Source: Octopus bimaculoides (lineage: Eukaryota). Taken from it: DNA of 52,682 bases. The stretch covers positions 110,768,038 through 110,820,719 of the forward strand of contig NC_068981.1 of NCBI RefSeq assembly GCF_001194135.2, given 5' to 3'. The notes beneath the pieces were generated by a model that did no database searches, had not been told where the DNA came from, and worked only from the letters and a program-made list of their open reading frames with translations. The stretch's first letter is position 1; every line of letters begins with the position of its first letter. The translations under genes were made by a program, and so were the position numbers. Positions 24,121 through 35,172 of this stretch are shown piece after piece.

Positions 24121-25036
24121 ATTATTATTATTGATCATCACCATAGTTGTTGCCATCATTTTTATCCCTGCAATCAAAATTATTGAAAATGCATAACCTT
24201 CTGTTACCCTTGTTTTTTGTGCTATTGTGAATCAGGCTTCCTTTGATACTCATATTTATTTTTCTTTCTCATCCTATACTCTGGGAGACAGCTTTGGTTA
24301 CTATTTCAGTTGCCTTTCTGTACTGTAACATTTGTGCACAGTATAATTACTTCATGCTTTTAGGTTTTGTTTTCCTTTCTAATGAATTGAAGAAACTCTT
24401 AATATAAAATATATTTTTGTCAATATATATAGTATCTTTGAAAACATAAAATATCTTTGTACCTAACAAAATTCGGCTGTATATTTTAAAAATACAGGTA
24501 AATTGATAAGCTGTCTACAGGAATAATTACTCTTATTGGTATCTGACTATAATTGTAGAGAGAAAAATAATATTGGATAATTTCTTTCAATAGAGAAATA
24601 TTGAAATATATATTTTTTGGCAATGTTTTTAGTCTTTTTGCATTTTAGGCCCCAAAATATTTTTTGTTAATGAACAATTCTTTAAAACTTAAATACTGCT
24701 TCATAAATTCTGATATTTCAGAAATTAATAAATATATTTTGATTATAATTTGATGCATTTCATCTTGATTGAGAAGTGGCCATAATTTATCATTAAGAAG
24801 ACTATAAAATATCATGGCCAGGATTTAAAGAAGAAAATGTATTAGCTAGTTTTCTAATTCTTTAACTAATGAACCACCATTAGAAAGTTCATAAAAGTTA
24901 CCATTAAAAGGATTGGATGATGATAGTATAACTTTGAATGTCCTCTTATAATAATAGTAGAATTAAATGCTTCTTGTTATTTATTACAATGTAAATTATG
25001 CTTCCATTATTTTTATATTTTTGCCATATTTCTTAG

Positions 25037-25265
25037 GTCCAGCTTCTGGTAGGATCTGTGCAGCTGTTATAAGTGAGAACCATAATATTTCTGTACAGGA
25101 ATCTGCACATTGGGCCTATGGGGTTGTGCCAGATGTTAATGAATGTACACTTGGTCTCCATAAATGCCATCCAAATGCAACTTGCTATAACACCTTAGAT
25201 TCTTATACATGTAAGTGCAAACGTGGCTTTGTGGCAGTTAATGGAACCAAACAGTGTAAGAAAAC
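25037..25265 (+). CDS. MEGF8: MEGF8 internal exon (calcium-binding EGF): PASGRIC...WAYGVVPDVNECTLGLHKCHPNATCYNTLDSYTCKCKRGF...CKK
   Basis: cttag acceptor, AC|gtaagt donor, phase 1 to 2; joins the previous exon as GDFV-G-PASG; EGF_CA consensus; similar to MEGF8 DVDECRLGLARCHPRATC. Confidence 0.93.
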
Positions 25266-25300
25266 GTAAGTAAAATTTTGTTACTTTTATTATTCAAATA

Positions 25301-25579
25301 ATTGTGTTCATGGCAAATGTTCTGGTTCCCCAGACTATAAATGTCAATGTGATATTGGTTGGACAGGAGCTGAATGTAATACCAGCTGTGGTTGTAATGG
25401 CCACAGTGCTTGTCCTAAGGGTATTGGCATTTGTGAAGAATGTCATCATAATACTAAGGGTCAGTATTGTGAGTTATGTCAGCCAGGAAGCTATGGTGAC
25501 CCAACCACTGGTCAAGGTAATGATTTTCTTACTGTTATTGTTTTACTTGTTATTTGATTGTGGGCATACTGTGGCATAC
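25301..25579 (+). pseudogene. Near-identical partial duplicate of the next MEGF8 exon (lacks acceptor and first 11 nt) plus its donor and about 63 nt of intron
   Basis: Matches 26466-26744 with one mismatch seen (25572 T vs 26737 C). Confidence 0.9.
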
Positions 25580-26454
25580 TAATTTCTTTTTATTTGTACG
25601 TGTACTAAAATACAGTTTTTAATTTTTGGTATCAAATAATTTCATTATGGAAAGTTAAGGGTATCTACTGTTAAAATAAGAGGAAGAGAAAATGACAATT
25701 AATAGTTTAATTCTCTGTTAACAATGTAAGTTAAATGAAAATGAATTAAAATTGATAAAAAGCTAACAAAGGAACCATTGAAAATTCAAGTGTAGCAACA
25801 GTTCCTAAATATATTTTTACTCTGTTACAGAAAGGTATTGAAGATATTTTGAATTCTTGCATTCAGGTTAAGAAAAAAATGAAGTAAAAATGGATGTGTG
25901 TGGTCTGTGTTATTGATGTATGGCTCCAAAAATAAATTGAACTTTTTCCATTTGTTTCTTGAAATCTGCTCCACAACACTAATTTTTTTTAATATTCCCT
26001 ACTATTTTGACCTTGTTTCTGTGCCCTGGCTGGTTATGAGCTATCAAAGAAATGATTTAATTTCAATGTAGTATTCTGACTGGTACATGTGTTGTTAGCT
26101 TTTAATTTTGTTTTGTTATAACATGTAATCCAGGTGGTCATAATAATTGTAATGTACTACTGTGTATGAATTTATGCTAAACATCTCATGCATGTACAAA
26201 TGAAACTAAGACAACAAAAAAAATAGCAACTTTTTTCTGATGACATTGCATTATTGGATACAGCTTTTCTGATAACATTGCATTGTTAGATTACAGTTTT
26301 TACCAACTTAAGATGATTTCTTATTAAAACAAATTTGATTATCTAACTTATGTTAAAGATACTTGGGAGCCGTTGTAATAATTCATAATGTGAAAATGAT
26401 CAGGTGTGCTTTTAATTGAAATTGTTTATATTTATACGTGCTTTATATCTCCAG

Positions 26455-26681
26455 ATGCTACTATGATTGTGTTCATGGCAAATGTTCTGGTTCCCCAGAC
26501 TATAAATGTCAATGTGATATTGGTTGGACAGGAGCTGAATGTAATACCAGCTGTGGTTGTAATGGCCACAGTGCTTGTCCTAAGGGTATTGGCATTTGTG
26601 AAGAATGTCATCATAATACTAAGGGTCAGTATTGTGAGTTATGTCAGCCAGGAAGCTATGGTGACCCAACCACTGGTCAAG
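26455..26681 (+). CDS. MEGF8: MEGF8 internal exon (EGF plus laminin-type EGF): CYYDCVHGKCSGSPDYKCQCDIGWTG...CELCQPGSYGDPTTGQ
   Basis: ctccag acceptor, G|gtaatg donor, phase 2 to 1; similar to MEGF8 CLEDCGHGVCSGPPDFTCVCDLGWT...CERCRPGSFGNAT. Confidence 0.93.
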
Positions 26682-27654
26682 GTAATGATTTTCTTACTGT
26701 TATTGTTTTACTTGTTATTTGATTGTGGGCATACTGCGGCATACCTTCTTGGGTTTAGTCAGTTATATCAGCTCAGTGCTTATTCTATCGATCTTAGATG
26801 GATGAAGGCAAACTGTACCTTGTGTGAAGTTTGAACTCAGACATATAAAAAACGTAAATAAATACAAGGTTTAAAGCTCAATAAATTCTGCCATCCCATA
26901 TGCAGAGTTTGTGTATGTGTATATAGACACAGGTATGACTGTAACAGTATAAACAAAAAAACTAGAGAAAATATATTTGGTATTTTAAACTTCTAAAACA
27001 TGTCAGTAAATCAGCTGAAAAGATTACGCAGTTTATCTCATCTCATTCTCTTCACTCACTTAATTCTGGGAACATCAGAGGAGACAGAGTTCTCAAGTAT
27101 GCCTTCTATAGGGTTCTATCAGTAGCAACCATCTCCAGTTGATCCTGCTGGGTCTTCTACTGGTTAGTTTTGCTTGTAAAACCTATCCAATGATTCTTTC
27201 CTAAGTCATTCTTCCCACATGTTCATAGTATTGGAGCTGTGATCTCTCAGTTCGAAGATGTAGCAGCTCTATCTGGAGCATCTCTCTGATCTCTCAGCTA
27301 TGCACTCTATTGAGTAATGTCTCTCCATAGACCTTTTGGAAGAATCCTCTCAGCTGCTTGTATTCCTGGTTGCATTCTTTTAATCATTAACCGAGATTCG
27401 TGACTATAGGTAAAGGTAAGCATGAACACTGAGTTTAAGTTAGTGAGTTTGGCTTTTACACTTACCTCACTTCTGATGACTGAATGTTGGAGCTGAACTT
27501 CACTCAGCCTAATCTTATTCTAGCAGCTACGCTTTAGGAACAACTTTCCCCACTACTAACTTTGTCACTTAAGTAACAGAAATTGTCTACTACTTCCAAG
27601 AACCCCCCACTGACATTTGAGGGAGTCTTTTTTTTGTGTATTCCTGGTGTTTAA

Positions 27655-30249
27655 CCCTTTAGTGTTCAGATTAATTTGTCAAATGCAATGCTTATCTTTT
27701 CACATTAATTTTGATTTATTCAGGTTCAAGTGGGATGTCCACAATATTTGCTTGTAACTTTGTTAATTTTCTACATACAGAATTGAAATTTTGTAAATGG
27801 GTGCTTATATGTCAGTGGTTTATAATTACGTAATTTTAGCTGATCTTTCTGACTAAATTTGACTTTTATGGGCAGGTAAATTTAATTAACAGGTGTAAAA
27901 ACAATAACATTAGGAATAAACACTAAAATTCATATTCTTAATACATCTTACCTGCTTGGTTTGCTGCTAAAATGATCCCAGATATCAACCGCCAACAATT
28001 TTACATTTTTCAGGATGAGGTACATTAGTTTGAATTAATTAAAATACAGGTGTAATCGATAGAAGATTTTACTTTTTTTCTATATTTCATTTAAACGTTA
28101 TCATTGAAAATAAAGTACAAAACTCTTTTACTAGTCAATATACCATTGGCTATGCACTTGTATACAATTTAACAAATTCATTTACATAACAGAATGCATC
28201 TAATAAAAAAATCTCATTAACAGGTGAGGCAAAGGTGAATACAGGTGTGTAACATACTGAAAATTAATATGTAGTTCTCACTTTCACATATTATTTATAA
28301 TAAAATGAAAAAGAATGTATAAAATAATATACTTACAAAATAATACAGTTATGACATATTTCTGTCATGAAACTGCCTAAAGCACCCTTTACACAAGGAG
28401 CACATATATGAGGTCTCGACCTGATATCCTTTCGCAGTTTTTCTTTTTTGCAGCGAACACAGTCTGCAAACTTTTTTTCTCTCATTTATTTTTTCGACTT
28501 GATGGAAGTCAATATTTTCTCTGTTGACATCCACCCAGTTAATTTTGCTTTTCTCCCAGTTCTGTGCTTTCTAGAAGAAAAGCCCTCACGTAACTGAGAT
28601 GCGATGTCAACCCAAAATTTCAAATGGTCGTAGTCTTTTGGTGGCGGAGGTACTTTGTGGCTTTTTACATATACAATATATGAATTTACTATAGTTAAAT
28701 TCACTAAAAACCACAAAATGTACCTCCACCATTTCTTCCCAGGTCGACCAACTGGGTAATATGCCCGATATTGGTCGGATTTATCAACCCCACCCATATA
28801 TTTGTTATAACAAATATTCACGAGGGGTTTCCCGTCAGCACCAACACCAGGTTGTTCATTAGAAGACAGAAATAAAATCTGTCTTTTGTCTTTATATGCA
28901 GTAATTAGCAGATCTTCTTTTTGCATCTGTAAAATGTCCACTCTATTTTTTAATTTTGTTTTCATTTCACAGGGTAAACCTTTACGGTTTCCCATAGCAG
29001 TACTACACATGTAAGTACTTACACACGCAAGATTTTCCGCCAAAGTCACTGACGAAAAAAACCGGTCGAAATAGAGGTGTCGGTGCTGATGGTGAAATGG
29101 TTCAGTAAGGGATCACACTACATCATGTCTCAATCCATGCGGTCTGTTACCATTATATTTTTTACCTGTGTAAACATCGAAGTTTACACAGTAACCTGTC
29201 TCCGATTCACAAACTTCCCATACCTTGATCCTCCATTTAGTAGGTTTGGCAGGCATGTACTGCCGAAAATGTACTCTGCCCTTATAGCTTATCATGGCTT
29301 CATCTACACTGAGATTTTTCCCAGGTAGATACACAGTTCTATAATTATTTACAAGACGTACTTTGTATAGGGGATCGTAGTTTGGGTCGTTTTTGTTGGG
29401 GGCATTTTCAAAATCAGTCAAATACAAATACTGAGATATTTTCGAATACCTCATCTTGGGCATTATACTCGAAATATATGGATCGCCATACCTTACATCG
29501 GGACTCCAATAGTTCCACAGTCGAGGAAGCTGTTTCACACCAAACATAATGTTGATTGTGAAAAATGCTCTCATTTCCGCAGTAGTTGTTGGCTGCCATA
29601 GTGGATCGTTCCTTCCACGAACAGTAATTAAATGTTGCACATATTTGTTAGTTTCCTCCGCAACATTTTCAAAGAACCTTTCAGGTAGAAATTTAAAAAA
29701 AATAGTCTAATGGTTGAGCATCAGGAGGTAAATTATGTTGTGGACCAGTGTTTTCTGTAAAATCAGAAATAGTGGTCGGTGTTGTGATTTTTGACCATGT
29801 TGCCATGTTTACGCTATCATTTTCATCACTTTCATTTTCTTCACTTCCGTTATTAAACTCTTCCTCGTCCGACGAATAATCACTGATATCGATATCAGAT
29901 TCATCCGAAGACAAAATACTTTTTTGTTTTCATTGATATTTTCAATATCATCAATTGTAAAGCCTTCAAAATCGGAATCGCTACTTGCTGACGCCATTTC
30001 TTTCACAAATAAGGTACAGACTTCTCTTCAAACGTTGAAAAAACCATGTGGTCTAAAAAATTTCACAGTATTTATACTTGAATATAGGCGGGAAAGGCTT
30101 CATCTTGCATTATCTCAAAGCTATGAGAATTCAATAACGTGATTTGTTTATTTTTTTAGTGATTTCGTAGAGCTTTCGGATATGGCCGGTTTGAACAAAT
30201 AAAAGGGAATTCATTTTGGCCGGTTACGGCCGGTTTGAACACTAAAGGG
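27655..30249 (-). mobile_element. Full-length piggyBac DNA transposon (2595 bp)
   Basis: 14-bp TIR CCCTTTAGTGTTCA at both ends; TTAA left (27651-4), TTGA right (30250-3). Confidence 0.95.
28349..29997 (-). pseudogene. piggyBac transposase, broken into five ORF pieces
   Basis: Acidic N-terminus; SVDEAM, YFDRFFSS and MGGVDKSDQ carry the three catalytic Asp; C-terminal Cys-rich domain CRLC...CSLC.GCF..FH. Confidence 0.92.
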
Positions 30250-32187
30250 TTGATATACCTGTACATCTGCCACATGTAAAGACTACTTTCTATGTTAGTC
30301 TTCTAATGATACTGCTGCATCTCTTATATGTCCATACCCTTCACTGGGTACACCTAATAGTGTTTCTCCCGACACATTTTCTATGTATTGAACAAAGCAA
30401 TCTCCTTGAAGGGCTCTGTGATTTGTCTGTTTTCAAATTTATCAATGCTTTGGTCTTTGCTAAATTAACTCTAGGGCCCTTTGATTCTGATCTGTGCTTC
30501 TGTACCTGAAATTTTTTCTCTAATTCTGGTAGTGGTTCAGCAATAAGAACAAAGTTATTGACATAGAGGAGCTCCCAAGGGCAGCCAGTCTTAAATTCCT
30601 CAGATATAGTTTGGAGGACCATGATAAATAAGAGGGGGCTAAGAACTGAATCCTGGTGGACTTCTACTTGTACACTAAATTCTTTGCTATACTAATTAGC
30701 AACTTGCACCTTACTAAACCACTCATCTATCCCTAACTTCCACATTGCCCACCAGATGAGGGAGCTGGGGACCCTGTCAAAGGCTTTCTCCATGTCAACA
30801 AAAGCCAAATACAGAGATTTATTTTTGGCCAAGTATTTCTCCTGCAGTTGTCTCACCAGAAAGATATCATTGGTGGTGCTTCTCTCTGGCACAAATCCAA
30901 ACTGCATCTCATCTATGCTAACTCTCTTTCTAATTAATTGAGCTATGACCCTTTCTGTAACTTTCATCACCTGGTCCAGCAATTTCATGCCTAAGTAATT
31001 ATTCCTGTATAGAGCACCACCTTTGCCTTTGTAGCAGCTGACTATAATGTTGCTACACCAATCATTGGGTATGATTCCCTCATGGACAACCTAATTAAAC
31101 TGTATGAGTGACCAGGTGGTATCCCACACTGCCAGATATTTTAAGCATGTCAGCCTTGATTCCCTATGAGCCAGAAGCTTTCCTTGTCTTCATATCCTTA
31201 ATTGCTTTATTTACTAAGATACTATCGATTCAAATAGCCAGCCACATTAGGCAACCTCTTCTTCTCCCATGCATTCTCTACATTTAGCAACCTTTCATAA
31301 TGGCACGTCCAAGCTCCTTCTTTGCAGAATAGCTAACTGCAAGTGAGCCATCATCCATGTGAACACATTCCTCTCCTACCACATCATGATTTTCTCTGAC
31401 ACACTGTTTTGCAATCTGGAACACTTCAAGCCTCTGGTCTTCATGTTGCAGAGCATTGGCAAACTTCCTCCTTTCTGCTTCTCCCTTGGCTAGGTAAACC
31501 TGTCTTTTAGCCTCCCTCTTAGTTACCTGATATAGTTCTCTCTTCCAGTCCTGTTTCTCTGCTCTAATGGTCTTATCTACAACATCATTCCACCACCATG
31601 TCACCCTAGGTCTGGTTGGGACTTTCCTCCAACCACAGATTTGGTCTGTTGCTTTCAGCAAGGTGTCCTGCAGGAACTCCCAGTTGCCCTCTGTGTTACA
31701 AGTCTGTAGTTCCTCTTTCTTCTCATTAAATTTCTCAGTTAGGCTGTTGCTAAATCTCCAAATGTTTAAAAGGATCCTTAAGCTTCCAAACCCTTCTTTT
31801 CGAGATTGGTCTGCTTCTTGGAATCCTTCTGGCCTGAAGGCTAAAGTCATTTGTGACCAGTTTGTGTGGGAGTGCGGGGTGGGGTACATTCTTCACCAGA
31901 GAAGGTCTTTGCATTTATGAGCAACCATGTATTTCCCTGTCTGTGAGAATGTAATGAATCTTGCTAGCATGGTAACCCAATTGATAGGTTATCAGGTGAA
32001 TGGCTGGCTTCCTGAAGTTGGTGTTGCAGATCATTAGGTTATTCGCATCTCAGAACTCCTGTAGTCTTGTCCCCTCTTTATTTCAGGAACCACTTGCATG
32101 ACTTTCATGTACACCATAGAAGATACCTGGCTGCTATCGAACAAGCCCATTGAAATCACCAGCCACAAAGATGTGGTCATTGTCATT

Positions 32188-32312
32188 TCATCATCATCAT
32201 CATCATCATCGTTTAACGTCCGCTTTCCATGCTAGCATGGGTTGGACGATTTGACTGAGGACTGGTGAAACCGGATGGCAACACCAGGCTCCAGTCTGAT
32301 TTGGCAGAGTTT
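32188..32312 (-). mobile_element. Very short RTE 3' stub with (GAT)n tail
   Basis: Nearly identical to 1370-1490. Confidence 0.85.
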
Positions 32313-33001
32313 CGTCTTTGAATATTAACTACTATTCTGTGTCATTACCTAACATTTATATACTGCATCAGTATGTTTGCATTGCCTGTCCAGGGTCAGT
32401 CCACAGTTCTGAATTTACATTTTGGGTGGGATGCATGCCTGGTTTGTGTAACGTAGGATGCTGGGTCCAGACCCGCTTGGATCTGTTGTGTTCGCAATAA
32501 TCCCCCACTTCCTGTGAAAATTCCCCCATTGCATATTCACTTGGACCAGTCTTGGTTGATGTTAACTCATGCGGTACCCCAGCATTTCCCATTTTCTCCC
32601 AGGCAGGTTCATGTATTATATTTAGCTAGTTTCAACCTATTGGATTCTGTTATAATACTAACCACACTTCTCAAAGACCCGATAAAAAATCCTGAGGATG
32701 TTGGTTTTCACACTAAATGAGAAGGGTGGGCCATACCAGAGTGACAGAGATGATGGCAATGTGCCAGTGCATTCCCTCAAGGTACAAGGATGTGAATATA
32801 TAAATAGAATGGTAGCGGATTGTTCAGAGTGTGAGTAGGGAATTCATGAAAGTGCAAAAGGAGGAGGATGGAGGGAAAAGGGGGAATGTAGTGAGTGGTG
32901 AAGCATGGGTATATAGGAGGAGGGCGACAGGATAGCAAAAATTACAATTGACAAAGAGAGGACAGAAGATATGTGTGTGTGTTTGTATGCCTGTGTATGT
33001 A

Positions 33002-34411
33002 CAGGGTGACCCCACCAAAATGTGAATTTTTGAAAAACCCTACAAAAATAGGAAAAATCCAAATCCACCCAAAAAAAATTGATTGACAACTATTAAACAA
33101 ATAAAACAGCAACTTTTGAAATGTGTAATGGCAGCCATGTAGTACTGTACATTTGGAGGCACTGTAGTACAGTGAGCTTCATGCAGAAACAACCTTGCAA
33201 TTTGGTAATCCTGAATCAGTGGAATGGTCAACAGTGTGCTTTCACCATAAAAATACCTACAAAATCAATGATAGTTTGGAAGGTACACAGCATGAGTTCT
33301 AACATCATCTCAGTTAGTGCATCATGGTCAAGTTCCCTTGAAATATGCAATAAAAATGTGGATTAAAAACTTTGAAGAGACTGGATTGGTTCTGAAAAAG
33401 AAACCGACAGAATGACCAAGAAGTGTTCATACTCCACAGAATATCGAGGCTTTCCATGTTTCAGTCGTACAGAGCCCACATTGTTCAGCTCATAAGCAAG
33501 CAGCTGCAGTAAGGGTGTCCTGAGAGAGTATTTGCCAGATTCTCAATTTTGACTTAAAATTTCATCTGTACAAGCTGCATATCATGCAAGAACTGAAGGA
33601 AAATAATCACCAATTGCAATTAGAATTCTGTCAAAAAATTACAGAACGCATAAATGAGAACAACAAATTTCTAGACAAGCTGTGGATGTCAGATGAGGCT
33701 CATTTTCATCTCACAGGTTATGTGAACAAGCAGAGCTATCTTTACTGGGCAGACAGCAACCCCAAAGAACTTCATGAACATCCTTCATGCAGCAGCAAGG
33801 TGACGGTCTGGTGTGCAATTTTGTCACATGGGGCCATCAGAGCTTACTTTTTGGCAAATGAAGAGGGAATCGCAACAACTGTCACTTTTGATTGATTTGT
33901 AGAGATGCTGCAATCATTTGTTGCACCTGCATTGAACAATTTTCCACAACTTTACACTATTGCACACTACAATAGGATGGTGCAACATTGCACACTACAA
34001 GGCAATCAATGGCAGTTGTGCAAGATTTGTTTGGTAACTGTATCATCTCAAGATTCGGTGACATTCTCTGGTCCTCAAGATCACCAGATTTGTCCATTTG
34101 TGATTGTTTTTCTTGTGGGCTATCTTAAGAGTCGGGTCTACATGGTTTGGTCAAGGACACGGGATGAACTGAAACAAAGAGTTCAAAATGAAATTCGTGG
34201 TTGCACTAAGATGTTGCACCAAGCAATAGGGAATCACAACAGCAGATTGACAGAATGCATATGTAGAAGAGACATTAATACTTTGGATTACTGATTATTA
34301 AAAGGCAAGTTGTTTACTTTCTGTCAATAAAATTTTTTTGTTTGATTTGGATTTTTCCTGTTTTTGTTGGATTTTTCTAAAGTTACCATTTTTTTTTTTT
34401 TGGTCACCCTG
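33002..34411 (+). mobile_element. Full-length decayed Tc1/mariner-superfamily transposon (1410 bp)
   Basis: TA flanks (33000-1, 34412-3); TIR CAGGGTGACC with imperfect extension to about 90 bp; MSDEAHFHLTGYVNKQ, QDGAT.H and SPDL..CD.FL.GYLKSRVY motifs with frameshifts. Confidence 0.92.
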
Positions 34412-34413
34412 TA

Positions 34414-34468
34414 TCATCATCATCATCAACATCATTTAACGTCCGCTTTCCATGCTAGCATGGGTTGG
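34414..34468 (-). mobile_element. RTE 3' end and tail running into a gap
   Basis: (CAT)n then ttaacgtccgctttccatgctagcatgggttgg. Confidence 0.85.
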
Positions 34469-35172
34469 NNNNNNNNNNNNNNNNNNNNNNNNNNNNNNNN
34501 NNNNNNNNNNNNNNNNNNNNNNNNNNNNNNNNNNNNNNNNNNNNNNNNNNNNNNNNNNNNNNNNNNNNNNNNNNNNNNNNNNNNNNNNNNNNNNNNNNNN
34601 NNNNNNNNNNNNNNNNNNNNNNNNNNNNNNNNNNNNNNNNNNNNNNNNNNNNNNNNNNNNNNNNNNNNNNNNNNNNNNNNNNNNNNNNNNNNNNNNNNNN
34701 NNNNNNNNNNNNNNNNNNNNNNNNNNNNNNNNNNNNNNNNNNNNNNNNNNNNNNNNNNNNNNNNNNNNNNNNNNNNNNNNNNNNNNNNNNNNNNNNNNNN
34801 NNNNNNNNNNNNNNNNNNNNNNNNNNNNNNNNNNNNNNNNNNNNNNNNNNNNNNNNNNNNNNNNNNNNNNNNNNNNNNNNNNNNNNNNNNNNNNNNNNNN
34901 NNNNNNNNNNNNNNNNNNNNNNNNNNNNNNNNNNNNNNNNNNNNNNNNNNNNNNNNNNNNNNNNNNNNNNNNNNNNNNNNNNNNNNNNNNNNNNNNNNNN
35001 NNNNNNNNNNNNNNNNNNNNNNNNNNNNNNNNNNNNNNNNNNNNNNNNNNNNNNNNNNNNNNNNNNNNNNNNNNNNNNNNNNNNNNNNNNNNNNNNNNNN
35101 NNNNNNNNNNNNNNNNNNNNNNNNNNNNNNNNNNNNNNNNNNNNNNNNNNNNNNNNNNNNNNNNNNNNNNNN

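Larger units (their letters stand above)
27050..32180 (-). mobile_element. Older long RTE copy (27050-27650 and 30254-32180) split by the piggyBac
   Basis: RT motifs QFGFVPERST, DMEKAFDRVP and upstream RVTWWWN; the CGRC..I / LNTRNTQ...LEVVDNF coding sequence continues across the piggyBac. Confidence 0.8.

Noticed and set aside
25304-26834. ORFs MFMANVLVPQ... and MLLIEIV... in the track
   Set aside because: They are off-frame shadows of the EGF exon and its duplicate; the Cys-rich frame is the real one.
33121-33150. TGT AAT GGC ... CAT (CNGSH) as the missing next MEGF8 exon
   Set aside because: It lies inside the Tc1/mariner 5' region, has no acceptor and lacks the laminin-EGF Cys pattern.
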